A DNA stretch of 64,000 bases from assembly GCA_036504095.1 (NCBI GenBank), contig DASXVS010000069.1:14887-78886 (forward strand). Reading direction: 5' to 3'. The stretch is from Armatimonadota bacterium. Its GTDB lineage: Bacteria > Armatimonadota > DTGP01 > JAKQQT01. A model generated the notes under the pieces. That model was given only the letters and a program-made list of their open reading frames with translations, was not told the DNA's origin and did no database searches. Below, piece by piece: positions 10,112-19,390 of this stretch (position 1 is the first letter of the stretch; every line of letters begins with the position of its first letter). A program made the translations under genes and the position numbers.

Positions 10112-10780
10112 ATGAAACGGATCCAATGGCTGCTGGCGGCTGGCATCGCCGCTACATCTCTGGCGCCGGGCCCCCTGGCGCAGGGACCGCCCAACGGGCA
10201 GATGCCCGCAGCGATGCGGACAAAGATGAAAGCGTGGGCGTCGTGGCGCAAGACCCACAAGAACTTCACGGCGCTGGAGCAGACGATTCGCGGGCTGGAG
10301 ATGATTCAGGAGGACCGAAGTACGCGGCTCTCAAAACCTCAGGCGAAGACGGTTGCCGGCGTGCTGAAGGCGTGGCGGCATAAAAAGGTGATGACCAACA
10401 CTCAGGCCGGGAAGGTCAACAAGCAGATCATCGCCACCCTCAACGTTCCGCAATTGAAGAAAATCGCCGCTGGGGCGCGCCCGAACGGGGGCGGCCCCGG
10501 GGGCCCTGGCGGTCCTCCTCCGGGCGGATTCGGCGGTCCTCCTCCAGGAGCGTTCGGCGGACCACCCCCAGGAGGACCCGGCGGACCACTCCCCCGAGGC
10601 ATGGGTGGACCACCCCCGGGAGGCCCAGGCGGACCGCCCCCTGGCGGACCTGGTGCTTTTCCCGGCCCGAAGGAGTACAACCCGCTGAACCCGGACACGC
10701 TGCCCTTTGCGCCGGAACGTCCGCGGATGAAGAACGTCGTCGATGGTCTGATCAAGACACTCGCGGCGCAGGGAAAGTAG
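10112..10780 (+). CDS. Secreted protein with LTXXQ-like motifs and a long GGPPPG repeat (possible Spy/CpxP-like periplasmic protein)
   Basis: Signal peptide MKRIQWLLAAGIAATSLAPGPLAQG. LSKPQ and MTNTQ motifs. GGPGGPGGPPPGGFGGPPPGAFGGPPPGGPGGPLPRGMGGPPPGGPGGPPPGGPG. Confidence 0.6.
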   Translation: MKRIQWLLAAGIAATSLAPGPLAQGPPNGQMPAAMRTKMKAWASWRKTHKNFTALEQTIRGLEMIQEDRSTRLSKPQAKTVAGVLKAWRHKKVMTNTQAGKVNKQIIATLNVPQLKKIAAGARPNGGGPGGPGGPPPGGFGGPPPGAFGGPPPGGPGGPLPRGMGGPPPGGPGGPPPGGPGAFPGPKEYNPLNPDTLPFAPERPRMKNVVDGLIKTLAAQGK

Positions 10781-10845
10781 CGGGTCTCCGCCCCCGGGGC
10801 GGCGTTTTCGCCGGCGCGATATGACGGCGCTGGAGGAGGTGGCAG

Positions 10846-11619
10846 ATGGCACTGATTGAAGTAGACAGACTGACCAAAACCTATCACCTGGGCTCCCAGG
10901 AGGTTCGCGCCCTGAGAGGGGTGAGCCTGGAAGTCCAACGCGGTGAGTTCCTCGCGATCATGGGCCCTTCAGGATCCGGTAAGTCTACGTTCATGAACCT
11001 CATAGGCTGCCTGGATACACCCACCAGCGGCTCATACACGCTCGACGGTATTCAGGTATCCGGAATGAACGAAGACGAGTTGGCTGAAATCCGCGGCTCC
11101 AGGATCGGGTTTGTGTATCAGACCTTCAACCTGCTGGCGCGAACCACCGCCCTGCAAAACGTGGAGCTGCCGCTCTTCTATGTCGGGGCGGCGAACCGCC
11201 GGGAAATCGCCATGCGGTGCCTGGAAGCCGTCGGCCTGGGCGACCGCATGCACCACAAGCCGAACGAGCTCTCCGGGGGCCAGCAGCAGCGGGTGGCCAT
11301 CGCGCGGGCGATGGTCAACGACCCGCCGATCATCTTCGGCGACGAGCCAACCGGTAATCTGGACACCAGCACCGGGGAAGAGATCATGTCCATCTTCGGG
11401 CAGTTCCACCGCGCCGGGAAAACGGTCGTCATCATCACCCACGAGGAGGACATCGCCGAGCACGCCCAGCGGATCATCCGGTTCAAGGACGGGGTGATCG
11501 TGGGTGACGAGCCGGTATCGCGACGCCGGGGAGACACATCGACGGTTCGTGCCGCCGGGCCGCTCACACGGGAGCCCCCGGCCCGCGTGATCGCAGGAGC
11601 GGTTTCCCCGACGACGTGA
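10846..11619 (+). CDS. ABC transporter ATP-binding protein (MacB/LolD type)
   Basis: Walker [10 protein letters not shown], signature [14 protein letters not shown], Walker [19 protein letters not shown]. Confidence 0.92.
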   Translation: MALIEVDRLTKTYHLGSQEVRALRGVSLEVQRGEFLAIMGPSGSGKSTFMNLIGCLDTPTSGSYTLDGIQVSGMNEDELAEIRGSRIGFVYQTFNLLARTTALQNVELPLFYVGAANRREIAMRCLEAVGLGDRMHHKPNELSGGQQQRVAIARAMVNDPPIIFGDEPTGNLDTSTGEEIMSIFGQFHRAGKTVVIITHEEDIAEHAQRIIRFKDGVIVGDEPVSRRRGDTSTVRAAGPLTREPPARVIAGAVSPTT

Positions 11620-11628
11620 GCCCCCATC

Positions 11629-11669
11629 GGCTGAAGCCGACTTTGTGCCACCAGCCGTCGGTTTCAGCC
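11629..11669 (+). terminator. Stem-loop after the efflux operon (weak terminator candidate)
   Basis: ggctgaagccgac / gtcggtttcagcc forms a 13-bp stem (one G-U) with a 15-nt loop. No clear U tract follows. Confidence 0.4.
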
Positions 11670-11739
11670 CTTGGGGTCTCACGAGCCTTGCTTTGATTTG
11701 CCTCTGGATATTTGTCCGGCGGTCTGCTATCATCTTTGT

Positions 11740-11913
11740 AACATCAGGAGCGACCCTTCGGGGTCCGGCAACCGGGCAGGAGACGCCACGGTGCCAATGA
11801 GGACGCAAGCGTCCTCGATGAGCAAAGGGAGCGATCCCGTTTGAAGAAAAGTCTCCACGGATTGGCCATCCGCCACCGCTTGCTGATGCAACGGTGGCAA
11901 TTTTGCATTTTGG
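11740..11913 (+). promoter_or_regulatory. Candidate structured 5' leader (riboswitch/attenuator-like) or about 170-nt small RNA
   Basis: A series of short GC hairpins with stable loops on the plus strand: gaccc-UUCG-ggguc, ccgg-caa-ccgg, gaggacg-caag-cguccuc, ggga-GCGA-uccc. Possible long-range ggagac/gucucc pairing. Ends in an intrinsic terminator. A possible -10 TATCAT lies at 11728. Confidence 0.45.
11872..11913 (+). terminator. Intrinsic terminator inside the leader
   Basis: gccaccg...cggtggc stem with an inner ugc/gca extension, followed by AATTTTGCATTTTGG. Confidence 0.65.
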
Positions 11914-11970
11914 CCCTCCGGATTTGGTGGTCCCTCACGGTCCTCCTGAACACTGAAGGAGATACATATC

Positions 11971-13308
11971 ATGAGTGACCATTCAAATGCCCGAACCCCA
12001 TCCAGCGAGCTCCCGCAGCGCTTCGGCGCGATCCATGCAACCGTAACGCCCGGCGGCATGGCCCGGAATGGCGCTCCCGGTGATCTTGACGAACTCGCCG
12101 CAGCGGCCGTAAGGTTCTTCGCCCGAAGGGGATTGCCGATCGCGGCGGCCCCGAACACAATGGACGGCACGGTGACCCTGGCTGGCCGGTTCGACCCCTC
12201 GCGCCACCCCCTGTTCCGCAACGTATTGAGCCTGTGGACCGCCGAATCGGGCGACGAAACGCCCGGGTGCTTCGTAACCCCCGAGCCGGGTGCAGCCGAT
12301 GACGAGGGAGGATTCCGCAAAGCCTGGGCACGGGAAGAGCGCTGGCAGAACCGTCTCGACCGCATCGCATCGGACCTGGGCTTCCGCACCTGCTCCGGCG
12401 AGGGCGCCCGGTGGGCGCAGGCGGCGGGAGGTCCCGCCGAGCATATCCGGTCGCTCGAAGACGCATTCTCCTCGCTGAGGCAGGACGGACGGGTATCGCG
12501 GTTCCCCCGCAAGCAGATCACAGTCGCTCGCCAGGCCACCTGCGCGCCGTACGGATTGCCCGCCGTCATTCTGAAACTGAAGGGCACGTGCCGCGTGTTT
12601 TCCGAGAGGCTGGGGCGCGACCTGCTGGAGGCGAGCCCGCGTCTCATCTCGCTGACGGAGGTGGCGCCAAGCGTGGTCTTGGCGGAAAACACGCCGCCAC
12701 TGGACAACGTGTGGGACGACAGCCGCTTCTGGGCGGCCTGGCAGTCTTTGCCGCCTTCGGCGTGGGAGGTGGTAGACGCCTGGGCGGCGGTGCGCGTCCT
12801 GCGGTACGTGGAAACCCCGGACGGCGAGTGGCGCTTCTATGCGCAGACGCATCAGGCCCGCAACGTTGTGCAGGCGCCCGAAGACCTGCCGGCGGCGCCG
12901 GACCAGCCGCCGGCCATCGCCTCCGCCGAAGCGGAGCGCTGGCGACGGCGGCGCTGCTGCGAGATCGCGCTGGCGCTGCGCCTCAACGCCGCGGATGACG
13001 GCGGGCTGTGCCGGCACGCCATCGGCAACCTCGCAGCCCCCTATCCCTTCGTCCACCGGTTGAACAGCAACGCGCCCGGCGTACGCGCCGTCGAAACGTA
13101 TCTCGCGAAAGCCGCGACCGTGCTGCACTGGGAACTCCTGTGCCGCGAACAAGCCGCCGACGGGCCCGTCTTGACCGCCGAGTATGCCGGCATCGTCCGT
13201 AATGCGCGCACGGGTCTGCGGCAGGTTCAACAGCATCTGCTCTCGGCCGCGTGCGCCTACGAGGTTGTGGACGATGAGCCGGCGACCGTGGCGGCCCGCG
13301 CCCGGTAA
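11971..13308 (+). CDS. Hypothetical protein, 445 aa, no domain recognised
   Basis: GGAG SD before the ATG. Balanced composition (D/E/W-rich), unlike the Arg-rich antisense ORF 11983..13704. Confidence 0.6.
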   Translation: MSDHSNARTPSSELPQRFGAIHATVTPGGMARNGAPGDLDELAAAAVRFFARRGLPIAAAPNTMDGTVTLAGRFDPSRHPLFRNVLSLWTAESGDETPGCFVTPEPGAADDEGGFRKAWAREERWQNRLDRIASDLGFRTCSGEGARWAQAAGGPAEHIRSLEDAFSSLRQDGRVSRFPRKQITVARQATCAPYGLPAVILKLKGTCRVFSERLGRDLLEASPRLISLTEVAPSVVLAENTPPLDNVWDDSRFWAAWQSLPPSAWEVVDAWAAVRVLRYVETPDGEWRFYAQTHQARNVVQAPEDLPAAPDQPPAIASAEAERWRRRRCCEIALALRLNAADDGGLCRHAIGNLAAPYPFVHRLNSNAPGVRAVETYLAKAATVLHWELLCREQAADGPVLTAEYAGIVRNARTGLRQVQQHLLSAACAYEVVDDEPATVAARAR

Positions 13309-13500
13309 CCGGGCGGAGCCGATTCGAAACATCCGCGCCAATTTCACCCATTCCCATGGGAACGATAAACCGCCGGCGTTCGTTAGTGCCCTCTGGCCGC
13401 GGCGCGACCCGCATCGCGGTGTCGCCCGCGCCCGGGCACGGCGTCCAGCCGGTCCGAGGATGCCGGAGCCTCTCGGCGCTCCGGTCGGAAGGGAACTGGG

Positions 13501-14637
13501 ATGAATGTAATACACCTCCGCCATGCGGGTTGCCTGGCGGTCATACTTGCTTGCAGCGTGTCCGGAGCCAGTGCCGACAGCCGCCACGCGCCACGCCACA
13601 CCGCGTTTTATCTCCGTACGAATCTGGTCTCGGACATCGCCGGGGTCGCGCTTAATACCGACCCGAATCTTGTGAACCCCTGGGGCATCGCGGTGAACCC
13701 GCATGGCCCCATCTGGGTCGCCGATAACGGCACGGGGCTTTCCTCCGTATTCGATAACGGAGGCAACCCGCTCCCGTCCGAGGCGTCACCGCTGGTTGTC
13801 ACGATCGCGCCGCCCGCCGGCAGCCCGCCGGATGCCACCGCGGCGCCGACAGGAGTGGTGTTCAACGCATCCAGCTCGTTCGCCATCACCGCCGGGGCAA
13901 ACTCCGCGCCGGCGCGATTTATCTTCGCAACCGAGGATGGCACCGTCTCTGGCTGGAACCCGACCGTGGCCGCAACGAGTTCGGTGCTGGGCTTTGACAA
14001 CTCAAACGCGCCGGCCGGCGCCGTCTACAAAGGCCTGGCGCTGGGGCACAATGCCACCGGCGACCACATCTACCTGACCAACTTCCACACGGGGATGGTG
14101 GACGTCCTGGACGCCGCATTCCACCCGGTCGTACTGCCGGGCGGCTTCACGGATCCCAACATCCCGGTGGGTTTCGCGCCGTTCGGCATCCAGAACGTGG
14201 GCGGAATGCTGTACATCACCTACGCCAAACAGAACGCGGAACAGCATGACGACGTCAGCGGCCCGGGTAACGGCTATATCGATGTGTTCGATACCGATGG
14301 CCATCTTCTGCGTCGCTTCGCCTCGCAGGGCGCGCTCAATTCACCATGGGGAATGGCCGTTGCGCCCCACAGCTTTGGCCGGCTCGGCGGCGCTCTGCTC
14401 GTCGGCAACTTCGGCGACGGACGGATCAACGCCTACAATCTCGCGACCGGCGCCTGGGTGGGCGCCTTGATGGACTCCCGAAATCGGCCCATCGCCATCG
14501 ACGGACTCTGGGGCCTGGCATTCGGCGTTCCTGAAAGCGACCGGGACGACGACAACCCCGCGCCGCTCATCTTCACGGCGGGCATCGCCCACGAGGCCCA
14601 CGGCCTGTTCGGCAAGATCGAGGCCGCCAGGAAATGA
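13501..14637 (+). CDS. Secreted beta-propeller-like protein, TIGR03118-like family
   Basis: Signal peptide, then NLVSDIAGVALNTDPNLVNPWGIAVNPHGPIWVADNGTG and later NSPWGMAVAP / DGLWGLAFG repeats. Family assignment is from memory. Confidence 0.65.
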   Translation: MNVIHLRHAGCLAVILACSVSGASADSRHAPRHTAFYLRTNLVSDIAGVALNTDPNLVNPWGIAVNPHGPIWVADNGTGLSSVFDNGGNPLPSEASPLVVTIAPPAGSPPDATAAPTGVVFNASSSFAITAGANSAPARFIFATEDGTVSGWNPTVAATSSVLGFDNSNAPAGAVYKGLALGHNATGDHIYLTNFHTGMVDVLDAAFHPVVLPGGFTDPNIPVGFAPFGIQNVGGMLYITYAKQNAEQHDDVSGPGNGYIDVFDTDGHLLRRFASQGALNSPWGMAVAPHSFGRLGGALLVGNFGDGRINAYNLATGAWVGALMDSRNRPIAIDGLWGLAFGVPESDRDDDNPAPLIFTAGIAHEAHGLFGKIEAARK

Positions 14638-14664
14638 CCGCGGCACTCGTCGCATAACCTCACC

Positions 14665-14700
14665 GAGGCAGGAGCCACGCGGCCCCTGCCTCTCCTCTTG
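14665..14700 (+). terminator. Terminator hairpin after the TIGR03118-like gene
   Basis: gaggcagg / cctgcctc stem followed by a tcctctt tract. Confidence 0.5.
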
Positions 14701-14765
14701 GCCCGGCCGCCAAAGGGGCTACCGACATGTGGACCTGTGGACCGCATGTCGCCTCCGAAACGCAA

Positions 14766-14805
14766 GAGGGGGATATGACCTCGTTCGTTCGGTCATATCC
14801 CCCTC
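14766..14805. terminator. Perfect 15-bp inverted repeat between convergent genes
   Basis: gagggggatatgacc - 10 nt - ggtcatatccccctc. Confidence 0.6.
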
Positions 14806-14844
14806 TCGCGACCCTGCCCGATCGATTCCCGCGCTCGTTACGTG

Positions 14845-15570
14845 CTACGGACGATGCTGATCAACGCCGCCGGGGACATACGTCTGCTCCGGTCTGCGCC
14901 ACGCGGCCCGCCCGTCCGTGTATAGGTAGTTCGCTCCGCCTCCGTGCCGGCCGACGGCGAGGGCGGCATCCTGCCCCGTCGCGGTATCGCGGAACCAGAA
15001 TTCCTGCGCCTCGAACGGGTGGTAGTCGTCATCATTGGACCAGCCCAACTGCGAGAGCCGCCGGGTGTCACGCTCCGCGAACAGGACCGTGTCCGACGGG
15101 TGGGCTATGGAATGCAGCCCCGTCCGCCGTCCGTCCACGGAGTCGGTAAAATAGCCGTTGATGAGGTAACTGGTGTACGGCGCTTCCCGCTCGCCAATGA
15201 TGGAGTGATCGTAGCTTGGCACGCGCGGGGGGAGGCTGGCCCGTACGTCGGGGTCCGACGGGCAGCGCGCGATGTCATAGGTTGAGAGCAACGGTTTGAG
15301 CGCATCGAGCCAATAGGTTGGTTCGTCCGGCGCACCGTAGCCTACGGTAACCGTGTGTCCGAACGGCATATACCCGTCGTTGTCGTCCGCGTAAGTCTGC
15401 GCGGCGTCACCGAGCTGCCGAAGGTTGCTGAGGCATGTAGCCCGTTTGCCCCCCTCTCGCGCGCGGGCAAACACTGGAAGCAAGATCGCCGCCAGAAGGG
15501 CGATGATCGCGATGACAACAAGCAATTCCAGAAGCGTGAACCCGCTATCCGTACGGTCTTGATCGCTCAT
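14845..15570 (-). CDS. Prepilin-type N-terminal methylation domain protein, DUF1559-like pseudopilin
   Basis: [54 protein letters not shown]. Its ATG overlaps the anti-sigma stop (ATGA). Confidence 0.85.
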   Translation of the reverse strand: MSDQDRTDSGFTLLELLVVIAIIALLAAILLPVFARAREGGKRATCLSNLRQLGDAAQTYADDNDGYMPFGHTVTVGYGAPDEPTYWLDALKPLLSTYDIARCPSDPDVRASLPPRVPSYDHSIIGEREAPYTSYLINGYFTDSVDGRRTGLHSIAHPSDTVLFAERDTRRLSQLGWSNDDDYHPFEAQEFWFRDTATGQDAALAVGRHGGGANYLYTDGRAAWRRPEQTYVPGGVDQHRP

Positions 15571-16319
15571 GGAGACCCCCCTAATAGCCCCGCCAGTCGA
15601 TCGGGCGGCAATTGTGCAACCAGCGCAAACGTCCGATCCTGTCGCGTCCATATAACTACGTTATACCCTCCATAAGTTCCGCTAACCACTTTTCCATCGG
15701 TGGAGGCCGGCGGCCAGCCGGGCGGGCGCTGCCGCGCGAGCACCTCTATCAACGTCACCGGCTGTGCGGCGCGGTACATCCAGATTGCCGCGGGCGTATC
15801 GCCCACGTGGCACGCGCCGATTCCGGCCAGCGGCAAGGGAAGCCTCGGGGCGGCCGAGCGCGCCGAGAGCGTCTGCTGCAGCCACGCGCGCGCCGCCGGG
15901 TCGCTCCCGGTGAGGAACGTCTTGCCGGCCGGCGGCTGGAACGCGTGGCGATGAACCGACACCAGCGCGGCGACATCCACGGGCTGCGGGCGCGTGCGGG
16001 CGAACCATAGCCCGGAGGAAACCACGATCGCGACGATGGAGATCGACAGAGGGCCTTTCCAGGCGCTCATGCGGCGCGCCACCGACGGCGCGGGAGGCGG
16101 CACGGTATCGAGTGTGGACGCGACTCGAGCGGCGAGCCCGGCGGGCGCCATGACGCCCATGGCGCTTGCCGCCAGCAGTCGCTTCACCGATTCCTGCTGG
16201 AAGACCGTGCGCCCGCAGTCCGGGCATTCGCCGACGTGGGCTTTGACCCGGGCGGCCTCCGAGTTTGTGCAGACGCCATCAACGTAGGCGATCAACTCGT
16301 CTGGAGTGCAGTGTTTCAT
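15567..16319 (-). CDS. Anti-sigma factor, zf-HC2 type, single-pass membrane protein
   Basis: N-terminal [12 protein letters not shown] zinc-finger motif, central TM ([17 protein letters not shown]). Overlaps the upstream ECF sigma stop. Confidence 0.75.
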   Translation of the reverse strand: MKHCTPDELIAYVDGVCTNSEAARVKAHVGECPDCGRTVFQQESVKRLLAASAMGVMAPAGLAARVASTLDTVPPPAPSVARRMSAWKGPLSISIVAIVVSSGLWFARTRPQPVDVAALVSVHRHAFQPPAGKTFLTGSDPAARAWLQQTLSARSAAPRLPLPLAGIGACHVGDTPAAIWMYRAAQPVTLIEVLARQRPPGWPPASTDGKVVSGTYGGYNVVIWTRQDRTFALVAQLPPDRLAGLLGGSP

Positions 16320-16918
16320 AGACCTTCCTCCAGCAGCCCGCGACGGCGCGCGAAGCCGTCGAGGGACGCGCGCATCTGCGTCCGCCCGCGAAACAGGCGG
16401 CTGCGCACGGTCCCGATGGGGATCGCCAGGGCATGCGCGATCTCGTCGTACGGCATACCCTCCATGTCACTGAGCAGCACCACCGCGCGAAAACTGTCCG
16501 GCAGCGCGGCGAGGGCGTGCTGCAGTTCCTCATCCATTACGGTCTGTAGCAGATCCTCCTCCGGCGATGCCGATTTCGGGGTATTTGGGTCCTCGTTCAC
16601 GTCGTAATCCATCAGGGGAAGCATCATCGGGGCTCTCTGGCGGCTGCGGTACGTGTCCACGTACTGGTTCACACAGATCCGGAAGAGCCATGCTTTGAAA
16701 TTCGTGCCGTTCCGGAATGAACTGAACGCGCGGTAAGCGTGCACCACCGCGTCCTGAACCAGATCCTCCGCATCCTCGGCGTTGTGGGTCATTCCGCGGG
16801 CAAACCGGTACAGGGGGAGCAGGAGCGGCGAGAGGAGGGCGTCGAACCGGGCCCGGACGTCTTCCGCCGGCCTGATCCATGTTGTCGCCCTATGTAGACT
16901 GGGTAGTGCCATTTCCAT
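16316..16918 (-). CDS. ECF-type RNA polymerase sigma-70 family factor
   Basis: Region 2 (AEDAEDLVQDAVVHAYRAF) and region 4 (MPYDEIAHALAIPIGTVRSRLFRGR). The start was chosen at an internal ATG; the track ORF extends to 16981. Confidence 0.85.
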   Translation of the reverse strand: MEMALPSLHRATTWIRPAEDVRARFDALLSPLLLPLYRFARGMTHNAEDAEDLVQDAVVHAYRAFSSFRNGTNFKAWLFRICVNQYVDTYRSRQRAPMMLPLMDYDVNEDPNTPKSASPEEDLLQTVMDEELQHALAALPDSFRAVVLLSDMEGMPYDEIAHALAIPIGTVRSRLFRGRTQMRASLDGFARRRGLLEEGL

Positions 16919-17117
16919 AATTCCGTCGCCGCCGTCCCCCGCTGATGGGGCTCGCTGAGTGCAACGAATGGTCGGTCGCAATAGTTCCGTGTCCTCTTCA
17001 ATGCGCGAAAATCGTTGCTTCGAGCACTGGTCACGGCCTATCCTATGGGTAACGGAATGTTGTGTTTGTTTATAGTATTAGTCAGGTATAGCGATCGGAG
17101 CCTGGAGGCGGGAACCA

Positions 17118-18704
17118 ATGAACAAGGTTGAGCAGATCAAACAGGAGAAGGACGGTCTGGACGTCTGGGAAGACATCTTCCGGTATGCGGAACAGGGGTT
17201 CGACGCGATCACGGAAGACGATTTGACGCGTTTGCGCTGGTACGGGATCTACCAGCAGCGTCCGAACAACGGGCATTTCATGCTGCGCGTGAGGATTCCC
17301 GGCGGCGTGCTCACCTCGGCGCAGGCGGCGGAATTGGCGGCGCTGGCACGGGACAGGGGCCGCGGGTTCTGCGACATCACCACGCGCCAGGATATCCAGT
17401 TCCATTGGCTCACCATCGCGGACATGGCCGAAGTTCTCCCCCGCCTCGCCGGTGTGGGGCTCACCACCAAGGAAGCCTGCGGCGACGTGACCCGGAACAT
17501 CACCGGCTGCCCGCTTCACGGCGTGAACGCCGATGAGATTATCGACCCGACGCCGCTCATCGAGCGGATCGGCGCCCGAATCCTCAACGACGACGCATTC
17601 TCCAACCTCCCACGCAAATTCAAGATATGCATCTCGGGATGCCCCGCTCAATGCGCCAAGCCGGAGATCAACGACCTCGGCCTCCTGGCGGTGAAGCACC
17701 CGGAGACGGGCGTTGTCGGCTACAACGTGACCGTGGGCGGCGGCCTTTCCACACAACCGCGCTTTGCCCGGAACCTCGACGCGTGGGTGACGGAAGACCA
17801 GGCGGTTGATCTGGCGGTCGCCGTCACGGAGATCTTCCGCGACGACGGGTATCGCGTCTCGCGTCATCGCGCGCGGCTAAAATACCTTGTTGACGATTGG
17901 GGCCCGGAGGAATTCCGCGCGCGCCTGCAGGTGAAGCTGCCTTTCACGCTGTCCGCCGGCGTTCCGATGGAGTGGGAAGACACCTATGAGGACCACATAG
18001 GCATCCGCCCGCAGTCCCAGCGCGGCCTGTTCAGCCTCGGCATCACGGTGCTTGTCGGGCGCATCTCCGCCGAACAACTGGCGGCGGCCTCGGATGTGGC
18101 CGGCCGGTTCGGCCAGGGGCGGCTGCGGACCACGCTGGGGCAGAATTTGATCGTGCTGGACGTCGCCGGCGAGGACGTCGCCGAGGCCTCCCGCGTGCTG
18201 GCTGACGCCGGGCTGACCGTCGGCGCCGGTCCCGTTGAACGCGGCGCCGTCACCTGCACGGGCATCGAGTTCTGCAACCTGGCGGTTGTGGAGACGAAGG
18301 AACGCATGAGGGAGATCGTGTCGTTCGTCGGCGCGAACGCGGCGGTTGACAGCCCGTTCCGCATGCAGATGAACGGCTGCCCCAACTCCTGCGGGCAGCA
18401 CCACATCGCCGACATCGGCTTCCAGGGTGGGCGCGTCAAGATCGACGGGCAGGTTCACGAGTGCTTCGACATCTCCGTAGGCGGCGGACTGGGTAACGAC
18501 CGCGCCTTCACGCACACGATCCGGCGCAAGGTGCTGGCGGAAGACGCAAAGACGGTCGTTGCCAACCTGATGAACGCGTATACGGAGCGCCGGGAGACCG
18601 GTGAGTCGTTCAAAGCCTTCATCCGCCGCAACACGGACGAAGACCTGGCGGCGTACCTGGGCGGCACCGAGATCCCCGCGGACGCGGAGGTGATGGAGGG
18701 CTGA
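17118..18704 (+). CDS. sir: Assimilatory sulfite reductase, ferredoxin-dependent nitrite/sulfite reductase family
   Basis: NIR_SIR ferredoxin-like repeats. Siroheme/4Fe-4S cysteine motifs (TCTGIEFCNLAV...NGCPNSCGQHH). Sits in a sulfate assimilation neighbourhood. Confidence 0.85.
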   Translation: MNKVEQIKQEKDGLDVWEDIFRYAEQGFDAITEDDLTRLRWYGIYQQRPNNGHFMLRVRIPGGVLTSAQAAELAALARDRGRGFCDITTRQDIQFHWLTIADMAEVLPRLAGVGLTTKEACGDVTRNITGCPLHGVNADEIIDPTPLIERIGARILNDDAFSNLPRKFKICISGCPAQCAKPEINDLGLLAVKHPETGVVGYNVTVGGGLSTQPRFARNLDAWVTEDQAVDLAVAVTEIFRDDGYRVSRHRARLKYLVDDWGPEEFRARLQVKLPFTLSAGVPMEWEDTYEDHIGIRPQSQRGLFSLGITVLVGRISAEQLAAASDVAGRFGQGRLRTTLGQNLIVLDVAGEDVAEASRVLADAGLTVGAGPVERGAVTCTGIEFCNLAVVETKERMREIVSFVGANAAVDSPFRMQMNGCPNSCGQHHIADIGFQGGRVKIDGQVHECFDISVGGGLGNDRAFTHTIRRKVLAEDAKTVVANLMNAYTERRETGESFKAFIRRNTDEDLAAYLGGTEIPADAEVMEG

Positions 18705-18855
18705 GAAGTGAGGGCCTAGGGCTGAGGGTCCAGATGTGTCCCGGCGAATGAATTCGCGGCTGAGAAATGCACAAAGGCCGCCTTCGTGGCCTTGTCTTGG
18801 GCCGGGAGTGCCTCCAGGACAGCACGGTTGCTATGATTGCAGTGGAGGCACGACG

Positions 18856-19299
18856 ATGAAAACCGATCTGGCGACAAAGGCCCTGTTGGTATTTATGGGA
18901 AGCGGTATGTGGGCGCTGGCGCTGACACACTGGCAGGCGCCGGTGGTCACGGCACAGGCGGCGGCGCAGTCGGCGGTGCAAGACGTGGTGCGGACTCAGA
19001 GGTTGGAAGTCGTGGACGCGAACGGAAAAGTAAGAGTCTCGATCTCTCCTCAGACGTACGGGTATCTCCTTTCCATGGACGATGAGAAAGGAAAGAAGAG
19101 AGTCGGGCTTTTCGCGGGCAACGACGGCTCACTCCTGAGCCTGATGGACGAGACCGGAAAGACCAGAGCCGTGCTCGGTACCGCCGACAGCACCCCCACT
19201 ACGCTTCGCCTGACGAATGAGAAGGGCAAGACGGTCTTCGAACAGCCGCGCCCGGCCTGGATGGATGCGAAACCGAATCCGTACCGCGAGTACCGATAG
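18856..19299 (+). CDS. Small secreted hypothetical protein (147 aa)
   Basis: GGAGG at 18844 then ATG at 18856. Signal/TM MKTDLATKALLVFMGSGMWALALTHWQAPVVTAQ. Confidence 0.55.
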   Translation: MKTDLATKALLVFMGSGMWALALTHWQAPVVTAQAAAQSAVQDVVRTQRLEVVDANGKVRVSISPQTYGYLLSMDDEKGKKRVGLFAGNDGSLLSLMDETGKTRAVLGTADSTPTTLRLTNEKGKTVFEQPRPAWMDAKPNPYREYR

Positions 19300-19390
19300 C
19301 CATACATCCCTGCGAATAAATCCACGGCTATGACCAGCACGAAGCCCGCCTTCGCGGGCTGAGTCCGCAGTCGCCGCAGAGCGACCCTCA

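Noticed and set aside
11740-11913. Match of the leader to known RNAs (RNase P because of ggtgcc...gagcaaa; cobalamin, ykkC and c-di-GMP-I riboswitches because of local resemblances such as ggacgcaag)
   Set aside because: The length is far too short for RNase P and the GGAAAGUCCGGGC element is absent. The order and spacing of conserved boxes of the riboswitch classes do not fit. Only isolated short similarities were found.
11983-13704. 573-aa minus-strand ORF, the longest ORF in this region
   Set aside because: It is extremely Arg/Gly/Ala-rich, has no SD, and lies antisense to a plus-strand ORF with normal composition and an SD. This is a typical GC-rich shadow ORF.
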